Source: Gemmatimonadota bacterium
Lineage (GTDB): Bacteria > Gemmatimonadota > Gemmatimonadetes > Gemmatimonadales > GWC2-71-9
Assembly (NCBI GenBank): GCA_039586365.1
Contig: JBDHKN010000004.1
Location: 29,036-93,035 of the forward strand
Length of the DNA: 64,000 nucleotides
Direction of reading: 5' to 3'
The notes beneath the pieces were generated by a model that searched no databases, had not been told where the DNA came from, and saw only the letters and a list, made by a program, of their open reading frames with translations. Below are positions 10,027 through 19,839 of the stretch, in pieces (positions within the stretch are counted from its first letter, which is position 1; each line of letters begins with the position of its first letter). Position numbers and translations under genes: made by a program.

Positions 10027-11192
10027 GGCTTTACGGAGTGATCGTAGATAGTCTCGAGCAGGTCGCGTACTGAGTCGGTGAATTCCACCTGGCGGCGTGG
10101 CATGACACGCGCCACGGTTTTCAGAAATCCTGCGCGGTCCATCAACCCACCACCCGCTCCCCATGCAAACGGCGGCACATACTTGGGCGCCGAGCTGTAG
10201 TCAAACACGTTGGCTCCAACCCCGACCGCCGCTCCCGTGGAAAGCATCGAGCCGATCGCTGTCTTGCAGTGGTCGCCGAACAGGGTTCCGAGAAACTGCC
10301 TGCCCGTATCGATCGCTGTCCCAGCGACGTCGAGCCGGATCACCCCGTAGGTGTTCTTGAGATTGGATGTTGTTGTGCCCGCACCTAGGTTTACCCAACG
10401 TCCCAAGACGGAATGGCCCACGAATCCATCGTGGGACTTGTTGGAGTATCCCACAATCGTCGAGCTGACGATCTCTCCTCGCACTCGGCAACGTGGGCCA
10501 ATGCTGCACTCGCGCACCGTCCCGCCCAATATCTCCGATCCCGGTCCGACGTACAGTGGGCCCTCGAGTCGCGTGCCCGACCTCACGTAGCTGTGTTGCT
10601 CCAGCACCACCACACCGCCACGCACATCGAACACGGTGCCCGGCTCGACGGCAGCCCCGAGTATGACGACGTCGTCCGGATCGCCGATGACGACGCTACC
10701 CTGAGGGAGTGGATCGCTGGTTTCATTGGTGAAGTCCAGCGTATCTGGTGCGAGTAGGTGCTCCAAAGCCGTTACCAGATCGTAGCAACCATGCAACAGT
10801 ACTCCTTCACATGCGATTTCGTCCCACTCAACTTTTTGGCCCTCCCACGTCGTACCCTGTGGGGCCCACCAGCCCACAGTCGCATTGTCGTTGACCAACC
10901 GGGCCGGATTTTCTGGGAGGTCCAGTCTCACTCCTGACGGGGCGAAATCCGACCGTCCCACGATCACGGGGCCAGCGGTTGGTTGCTGGGATACCACCTG
11001 CGGCACTCCCTCTTCGACAAATGAAGTGAGGTGGGGCGGCCCGAAAATCGCCCGTGTCTCACCATCGGCTGCAGCTTCCCACCGTTCTCTTATCAGCCAG
11101 GCGCCTGCCCTCAGCTCGCAGATCGGGCGACAGTCGGCGAAGGGGAACCATGCCGGTGAGAGTTCGGGCTCCAACAAAAGTATCTCGGTCAT
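10023..11192 (-). CDS. Putative sugar-phosphate nucleotidyltransferase, GlmU-like with left-handed beta-helix
   Basis: RPICELRAG, SNKSHDGFVGHSVLGRWVNLGAGTTTSNLKNTY. Confidence 0.85.
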   Translation of the reverse strand: MTEILLLEPELSPAWFPFADCRPICELRAGAWLIRERWEAAADGETRAIFGPPHLTSFVEEGVPQVVSQQPTAGPVIVGRSDFAPSGVRLDLPENPARLVNDNATVGWWAPQGTTWEGQKVEWDEIACEGVLLHGCYDLVTALEHLLAPDTLDFTNETSDPLPQGSVVIGDPDDVVILGAAVEPGTVFDVRGGVVVLEQHSYVRSGTRLEGPLYVGPGSEILGGTVRECSIGPRCRVRGEIVSSTIVGYSNKSHDGFVGHSVLGRWVNLGAGTTTSNLKNTYGVIRLDVAGTAIDTGRQFLGTLFGDHCKTAIGSMLSTGAAVGVGANVFDYSSAPKYVPPFAWGAGGGLMDRAGFLKTVARVMPRRQVEFTDSVRDLLETIYDHSVKP

Positions 11193-12226
11193 TGCTGTGG
11201 CTTGCGTATGTTGTCGGGGAGATCAGCCAAGAGAGCTTTCAGTTCCCCCGACCGATCGAGCGTCGTGACTAGTGTGATCCCGTTGGCTTGGACAACCACA
11301 ATGTCGTGCACTCCGTCTACGACGATCGCTCCGGCACCACCCCACACAACACAATCCCGTGACTGCCGTGCGAACGTCCGGCCCACCAGCACATTACCCG
11401 CAGCGTCCGCGGTGCGTACTCGCTTCAAGGCCGCCCACGTGCCGACGTCGTCCCACGGGAAGCGACCTGCGACGCAAGCGATTCGCCTACTGCGCTCGAA
11501 GTGTGACACGTCCACCGCGACGGCCGTCACGGCCGTGAAGAAACCGGCGACATCGTTGCGATCCAGCAGCGGCAGGTGGGGAGCGATTTCAGGCGCGACG
11601 GCCGCTGTCTCAGCAAAGAACCGCTGTGCCGTCCAGGCGAACAGACCGCTGTTCCAGAGCGCACCGGATCCTATCAGGTCCGCGGCGAGTTGCGCGTCGG
11701 GTTTCTCGAGGAACTTGTCAACGGTGGTGGCGTCGTCATCCAGAGGGGGGCCCGGCTGGATGTAGCCGTACCCCGTGTCGGGCCGGGTGGGTTGGATGCC
11801 AACTGTGACCAACATGTCGTGGCGCTCCGCCACGTCCAGGGCGCGTGATGCGGTCTCGCGAAACAGGATGTCGTCGCCGACAAACCAATCAGCGTGGAGC
11901 GACAACACAGTTGCGGCAGAATCCCTGTCAGACGCAACCCGAGTCGCCCACGTGAGGGCCGGGGCAGTAGATGCCGGTTTGGGCTCTCCCAGAATGTTCT
12001 CCCGAGGCAAGGTAGGGAGGAGGCGACTGGTCTCGTCCACGAGCGACGCTGCGGTCACCACCAGCGTGCGTTCGGGACGCACCAGGCCAGCCAGCCTGTT
12101 GGCTGCTTGAACCAGAAGTGGTACATCGCCCGCCAAGGCCAGCATCTGTTTTGGCTTGACCGCCGTCGATAACGGCCAGAAGCGGGTACCAGATCCGCCG
12201 GCCAACAGCGCAGCCCACCGGCTCAT
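11189..12226 (-). CDS. manC: Mannose-1-phosphate guanylyltransferase
   Basis: LAGGSGTRFWPLS..PKQ, PDTGYGYI, FLEKPD, WNSGLF, WDDVGTW. Confidence 0.9.
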   Translation of the reverse strand: MSRWAALLAGGSGTRFWPLSTAVKPKQMLALAGDVPLLVQAANRLAGLVRPERTLVVTAASLVDETSRLLPTLPRENILGEPKPASTAPALTWATRVASDRDSAATVLSLHADWFVGDDILFRETASRALDVAERHDMLVTVGIQPTRPDTGYGYIQPGPPLDDDATTVDKFLEKPDAQLAADLIGSGALWNSGLFAWTAQRFFAETAAVAPEIAPHLPLLDRNDVAGFFTAVTAVAVDVSHFERSRRIACVAGRFPWDDVGTWAALKRVRTADAAGNVLVGRTFARQSRDCVVWGGAGAIVVDGVHDIVVVQANGITLVTTLDRSGELKALLADLPDNIRKPQQ

Positions 12227-12350
12227 GGTGAGTCCAGCATTACGCGCTGTATATCGTTGTTCACAGGCGTTCTGTGTGGGCCACTGGGGTTTTGTGCTGC
12301 TGGCGACAGTGGACTACCAGGCGCACTGGCGGTGTCGGGGGTCCGCGCTT

Positions 12351-12704
12351 TCAAAGTAGCTGAGCGATTGAGGCTCGATGGCGTTTCAGCTCGTACAGCA
12401 GGTTCCCGACGTTGGTGTTCCGCTGCACTAAGATGGCGAGCAAAGACTCTGACGTGAGGTCGGCTACTATCACGAGCCCGTCCGTAAACTGGACTACACC
12501 CATGCCGAACTCCCCCTTGTCACCGGCATCTCCCAAGCGATTGCAGCTGTCCACCACCGACGGTACGAGGGCAGCGAGGCTCTCCGAGTCAAGTCCGTTG
12601 CGGACGCGGCTGTCGATTATGAGACCGTCCCTACCGAGCACGATCACAGCATCAATGCCGTCTCGATTCCCCAAGGCCTGCACTACATCGCGTATATTGG
12701 GCAT
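12351..12704 (-). CDS. Roadblock/LC7 domain protein (MglB-like)
   Basis: GIDAVIVLGRDGLII and NVGNLLYELKR pattern; 117 aa. Confidence 0.85.
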   Translation of the reverse strand: MPNIRDVVQALGNRDGIDAVIVLGRDGLIIDSRVRNGLDSESLAALVPSVVDSCNRLGDAGDKGEFGMGVVQFTDGLVIVADLTSESLLAILVQRNTNVGNLLYELKRHRASIAQLL

Positions 12705-12711
12705 GCGCGCC

Positions 12712-12783
12712 AAGCTAGGATCGGCCCCTGGTGAAGTCAAGCGGGAGCAACGGGTTGACCGCATTTCCGACGGCGGCTAATCT
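12712..12783. promoter_or_regulatory. Back-to-back divergent sigma70 promoters
   Basis: Minus: TTGACT(12740-12735)-17-TAGCTT(12717-12712); plus: TTGACC(12755)-17-TAATCT(12778). Confidence 0.6.
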
Positions 12784-12795
12784 TCCAGCTCTTAG

Positions 12796-13374
12796 ATGAC
12801 GCGTATCTCATTGAAGTGCCTCCGGTTGGCGACGCTGGTTTGGCTGAGCGTTTGGGGACTCTCGGCATGTGATAGCTCGGGTGGGCTTTTCCCGGCCAGT
12901 GTGCCCAACGTGGTTGACACGGTCACGTTGTACGCCCTGCGTGGAACGCCCCTCACGATGCCGAGTGCGTTTGATATCATCTTCGGGGAGCCTGCCAGGA
13001 CGGAAAAGGGGGAAGTGTTCGACTTCGCCTTCGATATCAATGCCGCAGGGGACGCGCTGATCCTGCCAGCCGGTGTGCTGGGACTCGCGCCTGAGGCCGG
13101 GATCCTGTTGAGCGAAGAGAGTTTTGAGTCTATCGAGCGGGCGCCCGACAGGGATTACACTGTTGATAGCACGTTCACCATATCCACGGGTGACATTTTC
13201 ATAGGACGCTCCCGCAATAGCTCGGTGCTCTGCACCTATCTGGGCTCGTTGCCCAGGTATGGCAAGTTTCATGTCTTGGCGTTGGATGCGCAGGAAAGGT
13301 CAGTGACTCTCGAGTTCCTGGTGAACTCGAACTGTGGCTTCCGGAGCCTGGAGCCTGGAATCCCCACGTCTTGA
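12796..13374 (+). CDS. Hypothetical lipoprotein
   Basis: Lipobox LSAC after hydrophobic stretch; 192 aa. Confidence 0.75.
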   Translation: MTRISLKCLRLATLVWLSVWGLSACDSSGGLFPASVPNVVDTVTLYALRGTPLTMPSAFDIIFGEPARTEKGEVFDFAFDINAAGDALILPAGVLGLAPEAGILLSEESFESIERAPDRDYTVDSTFTISTGDIFIGRSRNSSVLCTYLGSLPRYGKFHVLALDAQERSVTLEFLVNSNCGFRSLEPGIPTS

Positions 13375-13378
13375 TCCA

Positions 13379-14662
13379 GTGATAGATCTCAAGCTGCTCC
13401 GTGACTTCCCCGACTCCGTGCGGGCAGCTCTCGTACGTCGTAACGGGCAGTTGGGCGCAAGACTAACCCGCATCCTTGGACTCGATGAGCGTCGCCGTGC
13501 ACTGCTCGTGCAAGGCGAGCGGCTGAAGGCCGAGCGCAATAGCTCCTCCGAAGCAATAGCCCGCCTCAAGAAGGAGGGGTCCGACCCCAGCTCTCTGCTC
13601 TCGGAGATGAAGCAACTGAGCGACCGGATCAAACAGCTGGATGGGGAACTGCGCCAGGTGGAGCAGGATCTTGAGTACGAGATGCTGCGTGTCCCTAACA
13701 TACCCTCAGACGAACTGCCCGACGGGGATGCGTCCGCCAATCTGGTCGTCCGAGAGTGGGGCGTGCGTGCCGAACCGACCTTTGATGTCCTCCCTCATTG
13801 GGAGCTGGGAGAGCGGCTCGGCATCCTCGACTTGCCGCGCGGCGCCCAGATCGCGGGAAGTGGATTCCCGCTCTTCCTGGGAATGGGTGCGCGACTCGTG
13901 CGCGCTCTGATCAACTTCATGCTCGACGTTCACGTGCGGGAGCATGGCTACGTCGAAGTCGCCCCACCCCTGCTCGTTACTCACGATACCGCTAAGGGAA
14001 CGGGTCAGATACCGGACCTCGAAGGTAACATGTATGTGACCGAGGACGGGTTGTATCTGATCCCCACGGCTGAAGTACCTGTTACCAATCTGCACCGAGG
14101 CGGAATACTGGCTGCCAGCGAGCTGCCTTGCTGCTACGTGGCATACACTCCCTGTTTCAGAAGAGAGGCCGGTGCGCACGGGCGAGATACTCGTGGTATC
14201 ATCAGGGTGCACCAGTTCGACAAAGTGGAGCTGGTCAGAGTCTGCCGACCGGAAGACTCAGGCAAGGAGCTGGAGCTGCTTCTCGGTCACGCCGAGACGA
14301 TTCTACAGAAGCTGGAAATACCGTACCGCGTGGTGCTACTCGCGGCAGGCGACGTGGGCTTTGCCAGCCACATGACCTATGACCTGGAGGTGTGGGCTTC
14401 AGGTGTGGGTATGTGGCTCGAGGCGTCCAGCGCCAGCACTTTCACCGATTTTCAGGCACGGCGTGCAAACATTCGGTATCGTCCGGAACCAGGTTCCAAG
14501 CCAGAATTCGTTCATACACTGAACGCTTCTGGAGTTGCGCTACCGAGGACTATCATCGCTTTGCTTGAGAACAATCAGCAGTCAGATGGGTCCGTTCGGA
14601 TACCCAAGGCTTTGGTCCCATACTTGGGGACCGACTGCCTGATACCCGATGGCGGCGCGTAA
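13379..14662 (+). CDS. serS: Serine--tRNA ligase
   Basis: MIDLKLLR start (GTG 13379), LIPTAEVP, FRREAG, RVHQFDKVE, HTLNASG. Confidence 0.98.
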   Translation: MIDLKLLRDFPDSVRAALVRRNGQLGARLTRILGLDERRRALLVQGERLKAERNSSSEAIARLKKEGSDPSSLLSEMKQLSDRIKQLDGELRQVEQDLEYEMLRVPNIPSDELPDGDASANLVVREWGVRAEPTFDVLPHWELGERLGILDLPRGAQIAGSGFPLFLGMGARLVRALINFMLDVHVREHGYVEVAPPLLVTHDTAKGTGQIPDLEGNMYVTEDGLYLIPTAEVPVTNLHRGGILAASELPCCYVAYTPCFRREAGAHGRDTRGIIRVHQFDKVELVRVCRPEDSGKELELLLGHAETILQKLEIPYRVVLLAAGDVGFASHMTYDLEVWASGVGMWLEASSASTFTDFQARRANIRYRPEPGSKPEFVHTLNASGVALPRTIIALLENNQQSDGSVRIPKALVPYLGTDCLIPDGGA

Positions 14663-15845
14663 CCAGCTTGTCGCACCGCTGAAGCGGAACGGGCCGACCG
14701 TAGTCCTCGCTCTCGTCCTTCTCTTCGGAGCTGTGTCTGGCTGGCAGGCCTGGAGTTTGGTCAGGCATCTCCGCAGCGTGGCGACCGAGACCTCCCGCAT
14801 ATACGGACAGATCGTGGCGGCTCTGAACGACACGACGGGTCGGGAGACTGAGACGTTGTTCAACCTGGTGCAGGAAGTGAACCTGACGGGGATTCCTCTC
14901 GTGATTACGGATTCAACTGGGCAACCCACGGCAGCTGTGAATCTGCCATTCGAGATCGGCCCGAATTTCGAGCGGAATCCTCGAGTACGAGAGTACATCG
15001 GAGAACTCGACCGAACCAATCCTCCCATGACTGTCCCCGGGGGTAGCCGGGTCCATTTCGGCGAACTGCCTGTAACACGGCAGTTGGTGGGTCTGTGGTT
15101 CTTGCAGTTGATCATCCTGATCGCCGCAGTGGCGATCGGGCTCTGGGCTTATCGTACGCAAGTGGAACGGCATCGCGATCGTCTGTGGGTTGCCATGGCG
15201 CGAGAGTCGGCTCACCAGTTGGGGACTCCCCTCATGAGTGCGGGTGCTTGGGTGGAGCGGTTGGCGGACTCCACCGATCGAGGGGCCCGCGAGGTCGCCG
15301 GTCATCTCACGGCCGATCTCGATCGACTGGAACGTGTTGCCAAGCGATTCGAGCGGATCGGTCGACCAGCGCGGCATGACAAAGTCGCACTTGGCGTGCT
15401 GGCTGAGCGGGTAGCCGCATACTTCGAACCACGTCTGCCGAAGCACGCTAATCGGGTTCGGCTTTGGGTTAGGGCTCCCAAGTCCGGTCCAACGATCCAG
15501 GCCGATCCCGTGCTGGTGGAATGGGCAATCGAAGCGCTGGTCCGTAATGCAATAGATGCGCTGAGCGGACGGGGTGGGAGTATCACGATCCAGGTTTCTG
15601 AAGGTCGCGATAATGTCACCGTCAAGGTTACGGACGATGGACCCGGTGTGCCACCGGAAGTCAGATCCAGTCTGTTCGAGCCGGGTACTAGCACCAAGTC
15701 AGGCGGATGGGGTATCGGCCTGGCGCTCACCCGTCGGATAGTCGAGGATGTGCACGGCGGACGTCTCGAACTGCTGCCGACACCGACTGGAGCCGCCTTC
15801 CAGGCAACCCTGCCGGTCGCAGCAAGCCCCGTGAATGCCGACTGA
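14649..15845 (+). CDS. Membrane-bound sensor histidine kinase
   Basis: Two TM segments; ESAHQLGTPL H-box, NAIDA, DDGPG, GWGIGL. Confidence 0.92.
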   Translation: MAARNQLVAPLKRNGPTVVLALVLLFGAVSGWQAWSLVRHLRSVATETSRIYGQIVAALNDTTGRETETLFNLVQEVNLTGIPLVITDSTGQPTAAVNLPFEIGPNFERNPRVREYIGELDRTNPPMTVPGGSRVHFGELPVTRQLVGLWFLQLIILIAAVAIGLWAYRTQVERHRDRLWVAMARESAHQLGTPLMSAGAWVERLADSTDRGAREVAGHLTADLDRLERVAKRFERIGRPARHDKVALGVLAERVAAYFEPRLPKHANRVRLWVRAPKSGPTIQADPVLVEWAIEALVRNAIDALSGRGGSITIQVSEGRDNVTVKVTDDGPGVPPEVRSSLFEPGTSTKSGGWGIGLALTRRIVEDVHGGRLELLPTPTGAAFQATLPVAASPVNAD

Positions 15846-18048
15846 GATCGCGCTGAATCCGGCTCAACGTGAGGCAGTAGAGTATTCCAATGGTCCACTG
15901 CTGGTTTTGGCCGGTGCCGGTTCCGGGAAGACCCGCGTCCTCACGACGAGGCTGGCGCACCTGGCACGGAGTCGTGGGATGGTCCCAAACCGCATTCTCG
16001 CGGTCACCTTCACCAACCGAGCTGCTGGGGAGATGCGAGGCCGCGTCGCGCAACTGCTGGGGCGTGACCCTGCAGGATTGTGGATCGGCACTTTCCATTC
16101 TGTGGCGTCTCGACTGCTGCGGCGGGAGGCGGCCAGGATCGGTTTTACTGCCCAGTTCTCGATCTACGATGAGGCCGATCGCCTGTCCTTGATCAAGCGC
16201 CTGTTGGACAGTATGGGCCATTCGCAGCGTGCCTATCCACCGCGTCAGATCCAATACATCATCTCTGGCGCAAAGAACCGCCTAGAGTCACCCGACGAGT
16301 TGGCCGGTGGTGCGGCAGATCGCATCACCGCGATCGCCGGGGAGGTCTACTTCGAATTGGATAAGTCGCTGCAGGCCGCCAATGCCATGGATTTCGACAA
16401 TCTACTGATTCATCCGCTGACGTTGTTCAGGGAGCATCCTGACCGGTTACGTTATTACCAGCAGCGATTCGATGCTATCCTGGTAGACGAATTCCAGGAC
16501 ACCAACCGGGCCCAGTATCTCTTGGTGAAGCAGTTGGGCGGTGCACACCACAACGTCTGCGTGGTCGGAGACGACGATCAGTCGATCTACAGTTGGCGGG
16601 GCGCCAACGTTCGCAACATGCTCGATTTCCAGAAGGACTTCAACAGTGTCAAGGTGATTCGCCTGGAGGAGAACTATCGGTCTACCAGCGTGATACTCGA
16701 TGCAGCCAATGGCATCATCGACGAGAATCAACAACGCCTGGGCAAGACGCTGTTCACTATACGAAAGGGGGGTGAGCCGATCGCCGTAGTGGTGGCAGCG
16801 GACGAAAGAGACGAAGCGGAGTGGATCGCCCGAGAGATACGTGAGCGGAGTGCTGCCGACCACTATCCCCACCAGAGTATGGCCGTGTTGTACCGGACTA
16901 ACGCTCAGTCACGTGCGATGGAAGAAGCGTTTCGCCGGGCGGCCATTCCGTACCAAGTGATCGGTGCCGTGGGGTTCTATGAGCGACGCGAAGTCAAGGA
17001 CTTGATTGCCTACCTACGTCTTCTAGTGAATCCGTCGGACAGCGAAGCGTTCTTGCGGGCCGTCAACGTTCCCAGGCGCGGCATCGGAATGGCCAGCCTC
17101 ACCACTCTGCAAGCCACGGCAGCCATGTGGTCGAAGTCACTGCTCGACACAGCCGCGGTGGCGGACCGCATAGTAGAGCTGAGGCCGCTAGCCAAGCGAG
17201 CGTTGCAGGATTTTGCCGGGCTGGTTGAGCGTCTGCGGGCCGGGATTGCCGACGTCCCTCCCGCTGCAGTGCTGGAGCGAGTATTAGAGGCAATCGAATA
17301 CGAGTCGTACTTGGCGCAAGAGGGACTCGAAGGCATGGAGCGTCTGGAAAACGTTCGCGAGTTGATTGCCGGTGCAGCTGAATGGTCCGAAGAAGTGGAT
17401 GACGATAGCCCGGAGTCTCCCTTGGAGCAGTTCCTGGCAGGGGCAGCACTAACCAATCCCAGCGATCAGTCGAACGGCGATGCAGACGGTGTGACCCTCA
17501 TGACGGTGCACACCGCCAAGGGTCTGGAATGGCCCATCGTGTTTGTGACCGGTCTGGAAGACGGATTGTTTCCGCTGCGGCGCGCCCTGGAGTCGCAAGA
17601 GGATACGGAAGAGGAAAGGCGACTGGCATACGTGGCCGTGACCCGAGCACAGGATCTGGTGTACCTGACCTGGGCCCGTTCGCGCCGGCGCGGCGGTCAA
17701 CTCATGCCCGGAGTGCCGTCACGGTTTCTAGCAGCGGTGCCACCCGGTGTCATTCAGGAGCGCCGCACCAGCGGTCTGTTCGGTGGAGATTCTTATCGCA
17801 AGCCGGCGATGTCACTGCGGTGGGCGGCAACCGAGCGAGCGGAGTCAGAGATGGTATCGCAGGATACTCCGCGCTACGTGAAAGGTGAGAGAGTACACCA
17901 CCGCAAGTTCGGATCGGGCACGATCGCGGCGCTATCGGGGAGCGGGCGGGATCTCAAGGCCACCATCGAGTTTGATGACGAGGAAGTCGGAAGAAAGCAG
18001 TTGCTGGTAGCCTATGCCGGATTGGAGCGGGATTGGGAGAGCGCGTGA
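15835..18048 (+). CDS. pcrA: ATP-dependent DNA helicase UvrD/PcrA
   Basis: AGAGSGKT, VDEFQDTN, VGDDDQSIY, NYRST, HTAKGLEW, EERRLAYVAVTRA, C-terminal tudor-like domain. Confidence 0.97.
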   Translation: MPTEIALNPAQREAVEYSNGPLLVLAGAGSGKTRVLTTRLAHLARSRGMVPNRILAVTFTNRAAGEMRGRVAQLLGRDPAGLWIGTFHSVASRLLRREAARIGFTAQFSIYDEADRLSLIKRLLDSMGHSQRAYPPRQIQYIISGAKNRLESPDELAGGAADRITAIAGEVYFELDKSLQAANAMDFDNLLIHPLTLFREHPDRLRYYQQRFDAILVDEFQDTNRAQYLLVKQLGGAHHNVCVVGDDDQSIYSWRGANVRNMLDFQKDFNSVKVIRLEENYRSTSVILDAANGIIDENQQRLGKTLFTIRKGGEPIAVVVAADERDEAEWIAREIRERSAADHYPHQSMAVLYRTNAQSRAMEEAFRRAAIPYQVIGAVGFYERREVKDLIAYLRLLVNPSDSEAFLRAVNVPRRGIGMASLTTLQATAAMWSKSLLDTAAVADRIVELRPLAKRALQDFAGLVERLRAGIADVPPAAVLERVLEAIEYESYLAQEGLEGMERLENVRELIAGAAEWSEEVDDDSPESPLEQFLAGAALTNPSDQSNGDADGVTLMTVHTAKGLEWPIVFVTGLEDGLFPLRRALESQEDTEEERRLAYVAVTRAQDLVYLTWARSRRRGGQLMPGVPSRFLAAVPPGVIQERRTSGLFGGDSYRKPAMSLRWAATERAESEMVSQDTPRYVKGERVHHRKFGSGTIAALSGSGRDLKATIEFDDEEVGRKQLLVAYAGLERDWESA

Positions 18049-18206
18049 GTCTCCCCCAGCGCCAAGATATTGAGTGGATCATCCGACTGGCCGCCCGCGA
18101 CGTGGAGTCCAGTGAGTGGCCCGCGTTGGCACAACAGATCGCCAAAATCATGGAGTCTTTCTGGCGCATCGAGTCGGTCGATTCGGGCGGGCGCACCCGA
18201 GTCTGA
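18045..18206 (+). pseudogene. gatC: Truncated, degenerate GatC-like ORF (53 aa)
   Basis: GTG overlapping pcrA stop; MSLPQRQDIEWIIRLAARDVESSEWPALAQQIAKIMESFWRIESVD resembles the GatC N-terminal half; not in ORF track. Confidence 0.55.
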
Positions 18207-18252
18207 CACGATCTCTAATGGAGGATCGACTCAACAGGCACAGTTGAGCGCC

Positions 18253-19227
18253 TCACTCCTCGGTGTACTCAGTGCGTCGTCGTTTCCTGCCTCCACTACG
18301 CCCGTTTTGCTTAGTCCACGGCCTCACAGTATTCGAACTCTCCCAAACAGGGACCCCGTATGTTGGCAGTCCGAAGTGCTCGTTCGCGAACCTACTGAGT
18401 GTTGGATGGTCTCCGGGAAGGCGGTTACTCATCACGTCTATCCGCATCCTCTTCGCCAGCTGTAGCGATGATTCGCCAGCTGGGTCCAGCTTCCTGGGTC
18501 TCTCACCGGGTCCGGCTAGAACCTCCATGATGAACTCGAACGACACGGCCATGTTCCGCTCCACTACATCATTACCCAGATCCCAACGGCTCTTATCAGC
18601 CAGTTTTTGAAACACACGCTGCCAGCTCTGTGTTTCAGTGACTCCTACCATACCCCTGAACAAGCGCCGGTTGGTACGCACAGAGAAGATGGTTGGGGCC
18701 AATATGCGGTCCAGGTGAGCATCGGAACTGCCATGATCCAAACGGATGATCTCCATCGCTGTCCTGGAGTAGGGGTCACCCAGATGTGTCTCCAACCTGC
18801 TTTCCCAGTAGGAGTGTCCCAGCGCGATCGTCCGAGACGTCACGACGAGTTGCCTCGGCACGAAGAAGTTGTGGGCCACCGTGTCGGCGGCGAGGTGGGA
18901 CAGATATCCGAGCGCGAAGGCTCTCAAGGGATCGGTCTCGGCTTGGCCACGAATCTCCTCACCGACTTTCCACGAGTGACAGTGACGGCCAACGGGTGCG
19001 TACTTTTTGGCTATCGACGTGTCGGCAGCTATGCTCCCATACAGATAGTCATATGGGAATGCGCGCAGGATATCTGTGATGGCTGGGGGCAGGTGTGTGA
19101 GGTTCGCAAGCACGGACTCGCCGAGGTAGATGTGGGTACCTGGGGTCCACGCCAGTGCCACATCAGGGAGCAGTGCGAGCAGGAGAACCGCAATACCTAG
19201 AGCCGCAAGGGCGCGGCCGAGTTCCAC
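18253..19227 (-). CDS. Zinc-dependent phospholipase C family protein
   Basis: Signal peptide then W-TPGTH, GSIAAD, GYLSHLAADTVAHN, HSYWE. Confidence 0.85.
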   Translation of the reverse strand: MELGRALAALGIAVLLLALLPDVALAWTPGTHIYLGESVLANLTHLPPAITDILRAFPYDYLYGSIAADTSIAKKYAPVGRHCHSWKVGEEIRGQAETDPLRAFALGYLSHLAADTVAHNFFVPRQLVVTSRTIALGHSYWESRLETHLGDPYSRTAMEIIRLDHGSSDAHLDRILAPTIFSVRTNRRLFRGMVGVTETQSWQRVFQKLADKSRWDLGNDVVERNMAVSFEFIMEVLAGPGERPRKLDPAGESSLQLAKRMRIDVMSNRLPGDHPTLSRFANEHFGLPTYGVPVWESSNTVRPWTKQNGRSGGRKRRRTEYTEE

Positions 19228-19230
19228 TCG

Positions 19231-19677
19231 CTAGCGTCTCCGATCCAGGAATCGCCGCTTCATCTTGCGGAGGATCTTGCCGCCGCGGCGCGTCGTGCGA
19301 AGCGCTGCCGAGATATCGAGGGCTGCATCCTCCACCTCCTGTTGTACCACGTCCAACAGCGCATCGAGGTCCAACAGCCGATCTTCGACGGTGTCGGCAG
19401 CCCGCTCGACCCGATCGCGGAGGCCACGGGAAGTGTTGGCCAGGCCGTCGACTTCAGACCGCACGGTTGCAACTGCCTTGCTGGCATCGCCCACCAGGCC
19501 TCGCACAGAGTCGAGTACCGGCCGAGTCTCACGGTCGATGTTCTCGGTGAGCCGGCGCAACTCGGGAACCAGGCGGCGCACTTCGATGAGCACCGGAAGC
19601 AACGCTAAACCGGCGATGGTCACGGCCAGCGCGATGAACACTGTTGCTATTGCAGTAGCCGCCTCAGCCCACATCAT
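19231..19677 (-). CDS. DUF948-like protein (N-terminal TM helix + coiled coil)
   Basis: One TM helix then amphipathic helical region; GGAGG upstream. Confidence 0.7.
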   Translation of the reverse strand: MMWAEAATAIATVFIALAVTIAGLALLPVLIEVRRLVPELRRLTENIDRETRPVLDSVRGLVGDASKAVATVRSEVDGLANTSRGLRDRVERAADTVEDRLLDLDALLDVVQQEVEDAALDISAALRTTRRGGKILRKMKRRFLDRRR

Positions 19678-19839
19678 CTGTCAGCCCTCCTTGCCTGGTG
19701 GACGTGGGGACGCCCATCCCAAGCCGGTTTCATCTGAGCCCCGTTTGCAGCGGTGCTCCCGCCAAGAATACCCGTCACTCTGGTCCGACCGTGTCACGGA
19801 CGCTCGGATTCCAGTGGTAGCGCAGCGACCATGAGAAAG

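Noticed and set aside
19678..19839. Missing small gene between the DUF948-like and P-II-like genes
   Set aside because: The minus-strand frames I translated gave only short ORFs with no recognisable similarity.
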